A stretch of DNA of 64,000 nt, taken from NCBI RefSeq assembly GCF_018977255.1, contig NW_024704743.1, positions 42,038,001 through 42,102,000 of the forward strand, given 5' to 3'. Shown one piece after another: positions 23,751-36,200 of the stretch. Numbering within the stretch: the first letter of the stretch is position 1; every line of letters begins with the position of its first letter. The notes below the pieces were generated by a model, which saw nothing but the letters and a program-made list of their open reading frames with translations, searched no databases and was not told where the DNA came from. Source of the stretch: Callorhinchus milii (Eukaryota). Position numbers and translations under genes: made by a program.

Positions 23751-24924
23751 AGGAAATATGACCCTATCTTAGATCTAGCACAGCCTCTGCATAAATCTCC
23801 AACATGACTTATTCTACTCCCGACAATATGCTCGTGACATTTTAAAACATTCTTTGATAAAGGTTTATTCTCGTGAACTAGAATAAATATTTTTTTGACT
23901 GTACACTAAGTAGAACAGTATACTGCAACATTTTTGGTTCACAGGATCCTTAGACAAAGAACTAAGTCTGCGCGAGAGCTTCACAAACAGGATGACTTTC
24001 ATGCAGACTACTATTTCAGAGCCAAGATAATTATAACCTTGAAACTTCCAATAAGTCTTTTAATATTTCCAAGATTTCTCTTAGCTCATATATTCACTCT
24101 GTTTCTTGGCCAGACTGAGTAATCTGGATCAACTTTCATGTAAATTCAGTCTCAGGTCTATAGAAAGTAACAATGTCAAAGCATAAAAGCTATACCCAAA
24201 AGTATAAATTTGAAGGTTGTAGCACCAAACAGGATCATGGTATGACCAATCCTGCTGGAACTGAAATATTAGGTAGATATTGAGGTTCAGAGGTTTTATC
24301 CCAAGGTGTGGGTGAAATTGCTCTATAAGGTTACACATTTTTTTAACTTGTGTGATGCTACAGAGGATAGAACATCAGTCTTGTACGCTTTGCTCCACTG
24401 CTTCAGGGCTGAAGGAGGAATAACGTTCTATTAGGAATTGAACTAACATATACCCAAGGTTTTTCCCTCCCATAATTGCTAAAGAATAAATAAACTGTAC
24501 TCATCAAAAAGCCTTCCTTCCTACTCATTAGACACACACACCAACAACTAGACTATCTGTTTCTGCTGTTCACTAACCTTTGGATTGGACCATAATTTTA
24601 GAAACATCCTAAAATATTTCCCTTTGACTCTTCCCATTGGTCCTTGGAAAATATTTTAAAATTGCTGACAAATAGTTATCCACTTTATTTCAAGCAATAA
24701 CAATAACTTGCATTTATATAATACGCTTCTCCAAGGATAACGTCACAAAAGCTTTACAGGCTATATTTTGATCATTACTTTGAGGTGTGTTATGATGTGA
24801 AAGGCAAGTTGCATAAATTCAAGTTTTGTTGTAAGAAAAGAGGTAAAATCATTGCATGATGTGAAGGAGGTTGTGACAAGGACTGGGAGTGGACACCCAG
24901 AAGCAAGGCCAGACAAATGTTAAT

Positions 24925-25165
24925 CTTAGTTGATAAAACTCCAGTAGCACCCTAACACATACTTTGGGTCACCTTGGCTCTTGTAAATTTGAACCTAACA
25001 CTCTCCCGATTCAGGTAAGCAGGTGAGTCCATCCAGAGAGAGAGTGCATAATCCAGTCACAGGGAAATTTCCATGCTTATACGTGGAACACTCAGTCTGG
25101 TTTGGATATTCTTAAGCACTGTAATAAGCGTTTGCACGTGTCAGACACTCACCTTACCAAAAGAA
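24925..25165. mobile_element. Family X repeat, short copy
   Basis: actccagtagcaccc...ccttggctcttg...tttggatattcttaagcac...cacgtgtcagacac matches 8371-8740. Confidence 0.7.
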
Positions 25166-26094
25166 TAATAGCCCATAGACTCACTGTGTGCAATTATATA
25201 CAGATAGCCTTAAATTAGGCATTACCAATTGAATGGGATTGCAGAATCAGCTGCATCTATTTTCAAATTTGATCAATTCCAGAATTAAGGGCACCTGTAT
25301 ACATTTGCTTTGTCCTTGGGCTTTCAGCTCAACTCACAATTTTGACCCCACTGACTTCATTGTTTAAGATGTTCCACTTTAGGACACAAGACTGTGTCAT
25401 GACTCTTAATAATGACAAGGAAGATAACGTAATCAAATTACAAGTTGCTGAAAGCAATCAATATTTGGCATCTTGTATCCCGCAATATTGGACACAGAAA
25501 ATGCTGTTTACAAGAATGTTTGGTTCCCAGTAACTTAATATCAGCTGGAGGTAATGCTTCTTTCCAAATGAGAAAATAATGAAGATGCAGCTTCATTCTT
25601 TATTCTTCAAATAAACTATTCAGCAATTAAAGAACAACAATGGCCGCAGAAGATCAGCCCTATGAAAAGACATGTTTCCAGATCCCCACCGTTTTGTTCA
25701 TTATTTATCATCCTTCAAACATGAAATGCTTCCTTTAACAAGTCACTTCCTTTCTCCTTATAACATGGAAATACTTCTGCTAAAATATTTTTGAAGATAC
25801 TTGGAATTTAGAGATAGAAGTGATTTGGACATTAATTTTTAAGAAACAACTACCAAATATCCTAAAATATCAAGTGTTCAAATTGATAGCAAATGACCTT
25901 GTTACTGGTTCAGGTTTCAGTGTTGAAAACTTCAAAATTTGGGATCCACAAGGTGAAACCTGGGTCAATAATTAAAAATTTACACAGACTTTCCCTCCCC
26001 TAAGAAAGCCACAAATAGAATTTGTATTTAGTGATTCTGCTCAGGGTCACAAGGAAAATAAACACAGATATTACTTTACAGACGAGGGTGACAC

Positions 26095-26477
26095 TTCATT
26101 ATGTTGGGGGCAGCCATCCTTCAGATGAGGGTCCAGTCTGCCTGTCCAGGTAGATGTTAAAGATCCTATGGCTCTACGAGAAAAGAGAAGGGAGTTACTC
26201 CTGGTGTCCTGGCCAACAATCATCTAGGTAAAATTGGTCATTCACTTCATGGTTGCTTTCATGTAAGCACTCCAAGATGCCACCCTGAATCAAGGGTGCT
26301 TTATAAATGCAAATTTTTCCTGTTGTATGTGGTACCTTGCTGTGTGGAAATTGGTTGCCTTGTTTGACTTCAAAAATACATCGTCACTACACTTTACAAT
26401 AAATCCTGTGAGCATTTTGAGATGTCTTAATGATGTGATGAGGTGCTACCTCAAATGCAAGGATTATTACTATTATA
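26095..26477 (+). mobile_element. Deu-domain SINE with an internal short L2 tail (about 26265-26325)
   Basis: ccatccttcagatgag...caggtagatgttaaagatcctatggc...ggagttactcctggtgtcctggccaaca, then the tail. Confidence 0.8.
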
Positions 26478-29400
26478 CTAAGAAAAGAGAGACGTGGTCA
26501 TCATCTTGAAACATGAAGGTGCCAGAATCAAAAATCACATGGAACCAGGAAGTTCAAACATTTTGAGAGGAAACAGGATGTCCTGTCTTCAACTGTAGCA
26601 CCTTTAATATGGACACTACAACAACGGGGATGATGGGTTGAGTTAACAAGCTGTTGATTAGACTGAACTGCCCTGAGATTTTGAAGTGAAAAGTGCATCT
26701 CCTCCAGGGAACCCAATACAATACAAAATTACATTTGTATAGCGCCTTTTATGTCGGGATGATGTCCCAATGCTCTTCATGCTGACCATTGACAGCTCAG
26801 CTCTGAGGTGATCTCAAGTCAGTGCCAAGTTCTTGTGGGTTGGCATGATGTACATAGGTTCTCTGGAGGAGAATCTAAGCATCCGTTTTCCCAATTAACA
26901 TTCTTTTTTCATCCCCATTGGCTATTTACCAGGGTTGAAAGCTTATTCATCAATTACAACAGTTACTTAAAATAAATTGGAGGCAGTTAAGTCTCCCAGC
27001 GCAAAGTTATTAACTGCTAAAATATTCTTGAACCATGCCAAGAATTTTGCTTCAATGGATCAGCTTTGTACCTTTCAGACATTTTAAGTAAAGACTCCTT
27101 TTGTGCTTTTTCAGCAATTTGTGCTGTAATTCTCAATTTCTGATGAGTCCTTAAATAATTCACTGTTCTTAATGCAATTATTGGATCAAAGTTGCAGGAT
27201 TCCTAAATATGTTCTGTTTCTGAGGCTTTGCAATGCATTGCTTGTGAGGGTGGATATTTAGGAATAATAATGGTATTAGTAATAATCCTTGCATTTGATA
27301 TAACACCTTATCATGTTGTTGTGACGTCTCAAAGCATGCCACAGAATATACTGTAAAGTCATAGAATCAGGATGTTAAGGGGTTTGAGGAAAATACAAAT
27401 ACTATAGAATACAAATTTACTGTTCTATAGCACCTTTCACAGCAGGCGGACAACCAAGGCAAAAAGGTAAGGTAGTCAAATTGAAAGATTTGTATTCAAC
27501 AGGTTTGATATTCTGAATGATCCCTTCTGTTCTAAACTTCTTGTTTAGTATGACTAAAATATGTTTTAAAGCATGCTTCTTCACCATGCCCTGACTTCTG
27601 AATAATGATTGCCCCAAAATGTCTGAAAATGTTTGGAGCCTCCATTTTGGATTCTCACAAAGTAAGGCTGCTAATTTTGGCTGCATTTCACCCACAAAAA
27701 ACACAGTCAATCCATTTTGCAATATATTCTATGATTTACAATCCATTTTACAATATATTCTTCGAGACATTTCAATGATGTGGTAAGGCACTGTATCAAA
27801 ATGCAAGGAATATAATAATTATTGTACAAATATCATAAAATGAACCTATGTTGGAAAAATATTTCCAATGTAGCAGTTTTAGACTGTAAATTCTCACTAA
27901 TGCTATTCCTTTTTAAAAAAAAGTCAGTCATATTTGCTCACAAAGAACCATGCATGCTGCAGTGCATTTTGTAGCTCCTACAAGAGCACATGAACTACTA
28001 GATCAAATGTAACTCCAACGATACATTTAAACAGGTCACCAAAAAGTAGGTTAAAATTCACCACAACTACTTCCTGGTGAAATGGTATTTATAGTTTTTA
28101 TGAAACGCTATAAAAATGGCATAAACTGAGATGATGACATTCTTTTCCAGCAACCGCAGCAGTTTTGTTTTGTGTGAGTGATATCTTTCCTGGCACCTTC
28201 CCATTTTTAAGGCATTAATTTTGTCTGTGTAAAATATAACAAAGGATATCCAGCTATGAATTGGCTTGAGATTGTCCATCCACCTTTGTCATGAATATCA
28301 GCTATGCTCCACGAATTGCAGTTTAATAAGGGTTCTTGGAAAGAACAGATGTGCAAGACGATATGTACCTGTTGAACTCTGCACTGTTGTGCCTCCATTG
28401 AACTTTGTAGCTGCTTCAATCATTTAGGATCAAAAAGCAGTCTCAGCGCTATATCACAGTTTCCCTTCTAATTTAAGTGTTTTTTTATCATTCCTTTGAT
28501 CTAATCTGCACTGACAATGTCTGCAAAAGTGCATGAGGAAAAGAATAATATTAGCAACATGACCACCACAAAGAACAAGAGTATCTTCATGCTGCATCAG
28601 GCTAAATGCACTTTTAATGCCTGAGGTAATGCATGGCTAATGTTTCAGGTTGTCACAGGAAGCTATCAGCAACTAGATAAATAGTCATAGGATTCCCTGA
28701 GACACTGAGCTAAATGGATGATACACATCAGTGGGTGGTGGTGTATGAAAAATATCCCAGTTACTGTCATTGAATTGCTACAGATCCTTTTACATTTAAT
28801 GCTTTACCTTTTAAACAGATGTTCATTGTTTCTGTGTAGATCAGAATATTTTTGTGTGTGCGTTCTTTTCATTGCAATTTAGTTTTGTTTTTACTTTAGG
28901 GGTTGCAATTTGTGTTAGATTTGAAATGTTACATTGCCAATCTTAAACTTATCTATTCTGTATATGGTAAACAGCTACTGTGCTGTTCTCCTCTGTCCTT
29001 TCTTGAGTTTGTCTTAAAACATTGAAACAAAAATGACACAATTCCTACCAATTATTTTATTTTACAGCAAATGCCTGCTGTAAGTAGAGTGAGATTTTTA
29101 TTGATACCCTTCGCTCAGCTAATACAGCTTGCTGCACATCCACCCACCCCTTCATTGCCACGAGATGGTTCTATGAAATTGAAGAACTTTCCCTGATAGC
29201 TTAGCCGGTTAAAGCAAGAAACTAGGCTATAGAGACTAGGAAAGTCCCAGAAGAGATGGGAGGACATGGCTGTTTTTTAACAAGGGCACTTAAAGTGGCT
29301 GGAATGCCATAGAACTGATAGGAAAACAATAGGTTGCAGGTGAAATGTTCCGAGACAGCATTGAGGAAGTTACGGATTACATCACCACATTCTTGGCCAA

Positions 29401-30819
29401 AGCAAGAACAGCAATCCTCTCAGCAGTGATGATGTTGCCCAGATCCTGAAGCTCATTAAGAAAATAAACTACCTCAAGTGGCTCCCACTGCTCATGGCCA
29501 ACATCTCATCTATTTGTGTTGTAATCACCTTCCCAGTTCAATGACTTAATTCAAACTTCAAGAATGCTTTATGACTCTGGGGGAAAATCTGTGCTTACGA
29601 CAGCTATGGTTATTGTATGTCACAGAACAGGATCTCCACCTGTGCTGAACTCCTGTAGTAGTATCTACCACTACTGTGCAGACATCAGCATGGCTCAGTT
29701 GGTAGCAATCTCGCTTCGGAGTTGAAATATTGTGGGAGTGCTGAACAAGTGCTACATTGGCAGATGTGTCATCCTTCACTTTGTGAAGAAGTTACACAAA
29801 TAAGCAGATAGAATGGCAAGGAATTGTAATTGTACATGGTTTTATTGACAAAAACATAATATGAATGGGCCTGCTTTTTACTAAATCTCTGCATCACCTT
29901 TCAATTTTTTTTGCCCTTTCTAACAGGAAGAGAGTTGTACATGCATTGAACTATATTTATATGTGCAAGTTCTACAAACCTGTTAATGTATCATTAACGT
30001 ATACAAATGGGATGCTCTGTTTGCTGACAAATACACAGTTATTACACTTTCCAGTATATCCTGTTAAATACTTTGAAATGTTCTTCTGAAGCAAAATCTG
30101 TGCTCCAGCAATGGAACACACCTCCCACTTGCTTGGTTACTAGGCTATGTAACCTTGCTGAGCTCCCAAACTACCCTGTCAGAGAGTACCTTGCAATACC
30201 AGTCTGTGATTGATGTGCCACTTTCTCAGTGCTGGACAGTTCTCGGCCAGATGTATGTCTCCCTCTGGAATATCTGAACGCACCTGAGCCAAGAGCAATT
30301 GTCAGCCTGGCTCAATTGGTAACAATCAACAAACCCAAGAACTGGCATTAACTCTTTCAGTGTTTCTTTACTGAATTTTGACCAATAAAATGTCATACAT
30401 TTCACTCTCAGAAACACACCTAGCAAGGATTGCAAGACCGGTACGACATTTGAAACTAGTGAACTGGGTAATTTCCACTGGAAGCAAGGCCAGCGGGTGA
30501 CTGGGACCAGCAAGGATAGAGAGGCCATGCATGCGCATGCATGAAGGGCCCATTGCCATGGTATCAACTTAGCATGGTCAGACCAACTCAGATTGTCACC
30601 AGCCGCCACTGGACCAATTCATGAACCCTCCACCCCACCATTGGTGGGAAAGCTTTCAGACACTCTCTGGAACTCACTCTGTCATTCCTTCCATCTCACT
30701 CTCTGCTTTCAAAATCCATCCAAACATCCTATCGCATTAAATGAGTCTTCAGCCACTACCCCAACTCTCTCCACCCCACTCAGGCTTCTTCTCTGTCTCT
30801 GTGAAGCACTTTGAGGCAT

Positions 30820-31187
30820 GATGGAGTCTTGTAGCTCAGTGGTTAGAGCACTCACCTTGCAAGCGAAAGAGCTGGGTTTTATTCCTGGCTGGGCAAAATG
30901 TTGGGCAAGTTTCCTTACTCCACAGGCCTCTGTTTACCTAGCAATAAGTAGGAACCCGGTTGTTAATCAATTGGCAGATCGCTTTTCCGGGGATAATAAT
31001 GCCTCAAAAAATCAATAATAATTTGGTCACTCAATCCATGACTGTTTATGGGACACTGCAATTGGTTGCTGCATTTTGCCCACAAATATACCATCAATTC
31101 ACTTTACAGTATATTCTGTGAAGTGCTTTGAGATGTCTACAAGACATGAAAAGCACTTTTTCAAATGCAAGGATTATTATTTTTATT
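30820..31187 (+). mobile_element. tRNA-headed CORE-type SINE, full length
   Basis: Head tggagtcttgtagctcagtggttagagcac, core gttgggcaagtttccttactccacaggcctctgtttacctagca, tail. Confidence 0.92.
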
Positions 31188-32014
31188 ATGAACATATATT
31201 TCGCTTACAAAATACTCAGTCACTACACACTTTACAATAATTCCTGGGAAGCATTTTGAAACATCCTCCAATGTGAAAGGCACTATATCAAATGCAAGGA
31301 TTATTATTATTTCTACAAGAGTAAGTTCCTGTTGTTGCAATGCAAAATAGCAGCTTGACCGCCACTCATCGCTATTTGTGACTCCTGCGATGAAAAACAT
31401 TGTTTAGACCCGTTATTATGAAGCCGGTTATTTTATTTGAACAGCTCTTTAATTACATTAATTAAATAAATCTAATTTCTGAGTTCTGCTCATACACTAA
31501 AATGCACAGATTCCAAAATCTCAGTACATGTTTTGTAACAGCACATGATGCGGAGTATAAATCAAGCTTCCCACTCCACATTGAGCTACTGCTGGTATAG
31601 TATAAATGTACCATTAGAGACAAGTGCTGAGCACAAGCTTTCTCAGCAAACATTCAGAACAATCAGCTGAAATTGACTTTGTAAGTTTCCTTAACGGCTC
31701 CACTGCTGCACTGACCCATGCATATCTCTTCATAACAGTATTCACTCCAAGGAACATTTTCACAATTTATTATGAGTTTGATTTATTATTTAAATCATTT
31801 AGAATGTTCATAATATCTGTAGACTTACAAGAACAAATACCCCTGGTGCTGCAAAGGTGTTATATTAAACTTCATTCTTTAATTATAACATATGTTTCAA
31901 TTTTTTACTGGCCTTTCTAGAACAAGTCAATGGCGCACAGTAAATAATCTGCCACCTGGTGTGCATATACATTTTTAATATATTTCCCAATGTAATATAT
32001 AGCCCCAAATTGCG

Positions 32015-32308
32015 ACTTTGAGCTCATAGTCTATGCTGACACTCCTTTGCCTGAAATGTTAAATCGAGGTCACAACTGCTTGCTCAGGTGAATGTTAAAA
32101 ATCCCATGGTACTATTCAAAAAGAGAAGGAAATTTGTCCTGGTCTCCTGGTCCGTCTGAAAAAATCACCTCTGATAAAACATTCACTTCATGGCTGTGGG
32201 ACATTGTTGTCACAAATTGGCTAACGGTTAATTTAAAATCCTGTGTAGTGCTTTGAGGCATCTCCTGATGTGAAAGGTGCTTCATGAAAAGCACGGATTA
32301 TTATTAAT
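32015..32308 (+). mobile_element. Deu-domain SINE, degenerate
   Basis: ctcaggtgaatgttaaaaatcccatggtactattcaaaagagaagg and the tail. Confidence 0.75.
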
Positions 32309-33969
32309 TTTGTCACTGTGGTTGACTCATAAAATGTTAATGTATGCAGTGCCAGTGCTCCTTGGAGGTGTGAGTGTCATCACAAGCAGTCTGGTATTTG
32401 CAATGACACAAATTCTTCCAACTCTTCCTGTACAAATTTACATATAAATTAGTAAAAGTATAAACATCTGCATTCAATAAATAGGATAAGAAATAAAAGC
32501 CTAAAATGTTTAGCGTATTATTTTAAGGCATAAACATTGGCACCTTTTCTCTTGATACATTGAATCATGGCAGTAACTTGGTGTCTAATTAAAATAAATG
32601 GGCCATGAAATTTACTGTACTTACATTATTTTACAACAGGCCATGATGTTCAGCACGCTGAGTAATGAAAACAAATACTTTATATTTAATTCACATATTT
32701 TAAATTAAAAACAACTGGGAATCTCAACTCTCTGTGACTTTGGGAAGAAATGGTAAAGGTTGATTCCATTATTAAGGCCCTCGCTAGAGAATGAGTTTGA
32801 TTACAATACTGGCCTTCTGTAGACTGGAAATGCAGTACACGTATTGCTTCCAGGAAGGACTGGGTTTTCCCCCAAATCAACTGTGAAATGTTGGGATCCA
32901 CGAGGGAGGTTCAAAGTGCTGGGAACTGTCTCAATGGCTCTACAAGTAGTTTTGGATCAAAATAATCTTCATGATGTTATTTACCCTCGCATGGTGTTCA
33001 ACTGAGACTTTATGAGGAGCAGCATGTCCAACAATGTGATAATTATCACCAGAGGCATTTAATACATTGGATGGTATTTTGTATCCCATTATTCTGCAGG
33101 GAAACCTCAAAATATACCTTCTTTAAGGTCTGGAGAATACTTACATATCTGAAATGGCCATAACATTCAAACTGTAGCAATTCCCAGTGTTGAGGCGGAC
33201 TTAGCTTTCAATAATATTTATTAAGCACAGCTCAGGCTTCATCATAATGGATTGTGCATAGTGTATTATTAAAGGGGAATACCTTACAGAATCAACACAC
33301 AGGAGCACTAAAGGTGTCAAATGAATGTTTAATATTGAATCAATACATTGTTGTAGGAGCTTTGTGTACGCATGTAAAGTTCTAAATGGAGGGAACATTA
33401 CTGTCTGCTTGGGAAAAATAAAAAATCAATTCTGATATAGATGAGACTTTTTAACTAGGTTGTCCTGAAACTAGGTCCTGAACTGAAATGGTCCCATCTA
33501 ACTGATCATGGGAAGGAAGCAAGCAAAGAAGGAAGGTGGATAGTTAGGTAGGTATGTGCCTGTGTGTGCGTGTATGTGTGTGTCTCATTACGGTTAAGTG
33601 ACTTGTATTTGTGTCAATAAAATAAAATACTTTATATACCCTGTGAATCATTTGAGCATTCCTCTCAAAATGAAAGGCACTATATCAAATGCAAGGAATA
33701 TTATTACTATTACTGTTATCTGTATTAACTGGGATCAACTATGTTTCAAGTCCAAAGGGAAATAAACAGGTTCATAGATGCCGAGGTTGTGTATCAATGG
33801 TTAGCTGCAAAGCAAAGCTGCTTAGCTTAGAAAGGCATTTGCACTCATTGTATTATTTATGCACAAGAAGTTTATGCAGTTTATGCAGCATTTTAGTTTT
33901 GAAAACATCTGTGAACAACTTTGTATTCTTATCAGTCAACTTCTCAGCTCCTTGATGCTAACTCCTGAG

Positions 33970-34156
33970 CAGTTATAAACACAGGAAGTATTTAACAGTG
34001 TTCAGAGGCAGCGTATTTACGGGCAGTGGATGATCCAAAGTCGTTTCAGTAATGTCTCAGAAGACACACCAAACAACAATCATAAACCATGACAAGAACT
34101 GCCATACATATGGCAGCAGTAAAACCAGGAGGCTACTTTACTGATAGAGGGTGAGT
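33970..34156 (+). promoter_or_regulatory. Candidate core promoter and first exon (ATG 34089, donor after 34150)
   Basis: TATAAA at 33974, ETS-like ACAGGAAGT at 33981, aaaccATG, open MTRTAIHMAAVKPGGYFTDRG, donor AGG|gtgagt. Confidence 0.3.
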
Positions 34157-34709
34157 AACAGCATTTCTTTCATGAATGTGAAAGTTACATAAATAACAAG
34201 CAGCTCAGGTGTGGGAAAACTATTCATTTCATGAAGAACAATAGTCCAGAGAGAGTATTTTCTGTTGAAAGTACTCCCAAAAGAAATAGAAAGAAACATA
34301 ATACCTTTAGAACTCAATACTGCGGCTAAAATGTGGTGACTCTAATGGGATTCCTTACTAATGGCTCCAAGTTACAAATGGGGAATCCTTCTGTAACTGG
34401 CGTTATGCTATACTAACCACCTGGAACTCTACTGTGGAAGTAGACTGCGCCAAACCCCTTTTTCTACTGAGGCAGAGAATTATTTTCACAGAATCCAAGA
34501 GCTCTTTCCACCATGATTATTGGAAGCAATCCAACTTGATGTGCTTATTAAGGAATCCATCAGAAAATCAGAAATCCTTGCATTTTAGACCACAATATAA
34601 CAATCAAATAATAGTCATCCTTGCATTTAATATAGCTTTGATAACATCAAAATGTCAAAAGGCATTTGTAGGAAGTATAACATGAATATAATGAGGAATT
34701 CTTTCTTTA

Positions 34710-34876
34710 ACACTCCATGACTGTTTGTGGGACACTGCTGTGCACAATTGACTGTTGTGATTCACCCACAAAATATACAGTCAATTCCCTTTACAGTATA
34801 TTCTGTAAAGCCCTTTGAGATGTCTCATAGATCTGATAAGGCACTATATCAAATGCAAGGATTATTATTATTATTT
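34710..34876 (+). mobile_element. CORE-type SINE 3' half
   Basis: ccatgactgtttgtgggacactgctgtgcacaattg...tatcaaatgcaaggattattatt. Confidence 0.82.
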
Positions 34877-35105
34877 ACCACAACACATCTCACCAGGGGT
34901 CTCCTGATCTCCAGAAAAGTTTGTTAATGAGAGGAGCCAGAAGAATTGAGTAACATCATACTGAGTGTTCTCAGAGTTGGAAGTTTCTACACTGGATCTC
35001 TGAATACCTGTTTTCTTTAAACACAATGGAACTGCCCTAGAACATATCCAACCCACTCAAACACATTTAGAATTGCCAAATGTATTAGACAGCAAGAACC
35101 AGTTA

Positions 35106-35532
35106 TAATAATCCTTGGATTATATCACATTGCTGAGATGCCTCAAAGCACTTCACAGGCTTTACTGTCAGGTGGGGATGATTGTGTGTATTTTGTGGGT
35201 GAACACAGCAGCCAATTTGAACACACCAATGTCCCACAAAGAGCGACCGAGTGCATGGCTATTTTTTGTATTTGAGCGATTGTTGGTCAGGACACCAGGA
35301 GAAACACAATGTTCTTTTCAAATAATCCATGGCATCTTTAACGTCCACCTGAACAGACACAGATGGGACCTCAGTTTAATGTCTCATCTGAAGGACGGTA
35401 CTTCTGACAATGTAACAGACCCCTAGAACTGTATCGCAATGTCAGCATAGACTATATGTGTTCCAACTTCCGATGTGGGGCTTGAACCCACAACCATCTG
35501 ATTCAGAGGAGCAATTGCTAACAAATGAGCCA
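35106..35532 (-). mobile_element. Deu-domain SINE, near full length
   Basis: ccatggcatctttaacgtccacctgaacagac...cagtttaatgtctcatctgaaggacgg and gggcttgaacccacaacc...gctaacaaatgagcca. Confidence 0.88.
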
Positions 35533-35599
35533 GTTATTCTGTTAAAACAAATATTACAGAAAAATAGTTGTTTCATCATAGTTATGTTTCTCTAGTTCT

Positions 35600-36200
35600 A
35601 TTGAGAATACTTCAAAGAACATATCAGAGAAGAACTCATAGAAGTATATAGTATTTTAAATGGGATTGATAATGCAAATTCCAGAAGAATACCTTCAAGT
35701 GCACCAAGGCCGGACAACAAGAGAACTTATATTTAGGGTTGCAAAGGGGAATTTCAGCACAGATACCAGCAAGTATTTCTTTATACAGATGGTAATTAAG
35801 AACTAGAACATGTCACCAGGAACGGTCTTGACACTGGATTTGTTCAAAAAAGTAGCTTGATGCTGTAGTGGGAGGACGAGCATTCAGCCTCTCTGCCCCC
35901 ATCATTTGGAACTCCATCCTACAGTCCCTACGGCTTGCTCCCTCCCTTGCATCTTTCAAGGCACCTCTCAAGACCGCACCTTCGGTCATCCTTCCACCCT
36001 CACTGACCTCCACCTCTCCTGATTCCAACCCTGTACTCGAGTCTAAATCCCTGACTGTCCAGTGCTTGAGGACATCCACCCAACATGAAAGACACTATAC
36101 AAATGGAATTTGTTGTTGTTTGTTGTTGTTGTATTCTGGACGAATGAGATGAAATGGATCAAAGGGACTTTTTCATTCAAAATTCTCCTGTGATTGTGAG
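35600..36200 (+). mobile_element. Old CR1 3' end interrupted by an L2 3' fragment (35869-36132)
   Basis: CR1-like aagtatttctttatacagatggtaatt. The L2 part encodes GGRAFSLSAPIIWNSILQSLRLAPSLASFKAPLKT and ends in (TTG)n. Confidence 0.8.

Noticed and set aside
22676..24030. Exon pair MSLPQDIHHFRQ (donor after 22711) and acceptor at 23944
   Set aside because: The ATG frame hits a stop two codons after splicing, and the alternative frame lacks a credible acceptor.
28067..28419. Minus-strand two-exon model
   Set aside because: Weak upstream acceptor and no recognisable product.
30226..30609. 127-aa minus-strand ORF
   Set aside because: No motif, splice signal or second copy to support it.
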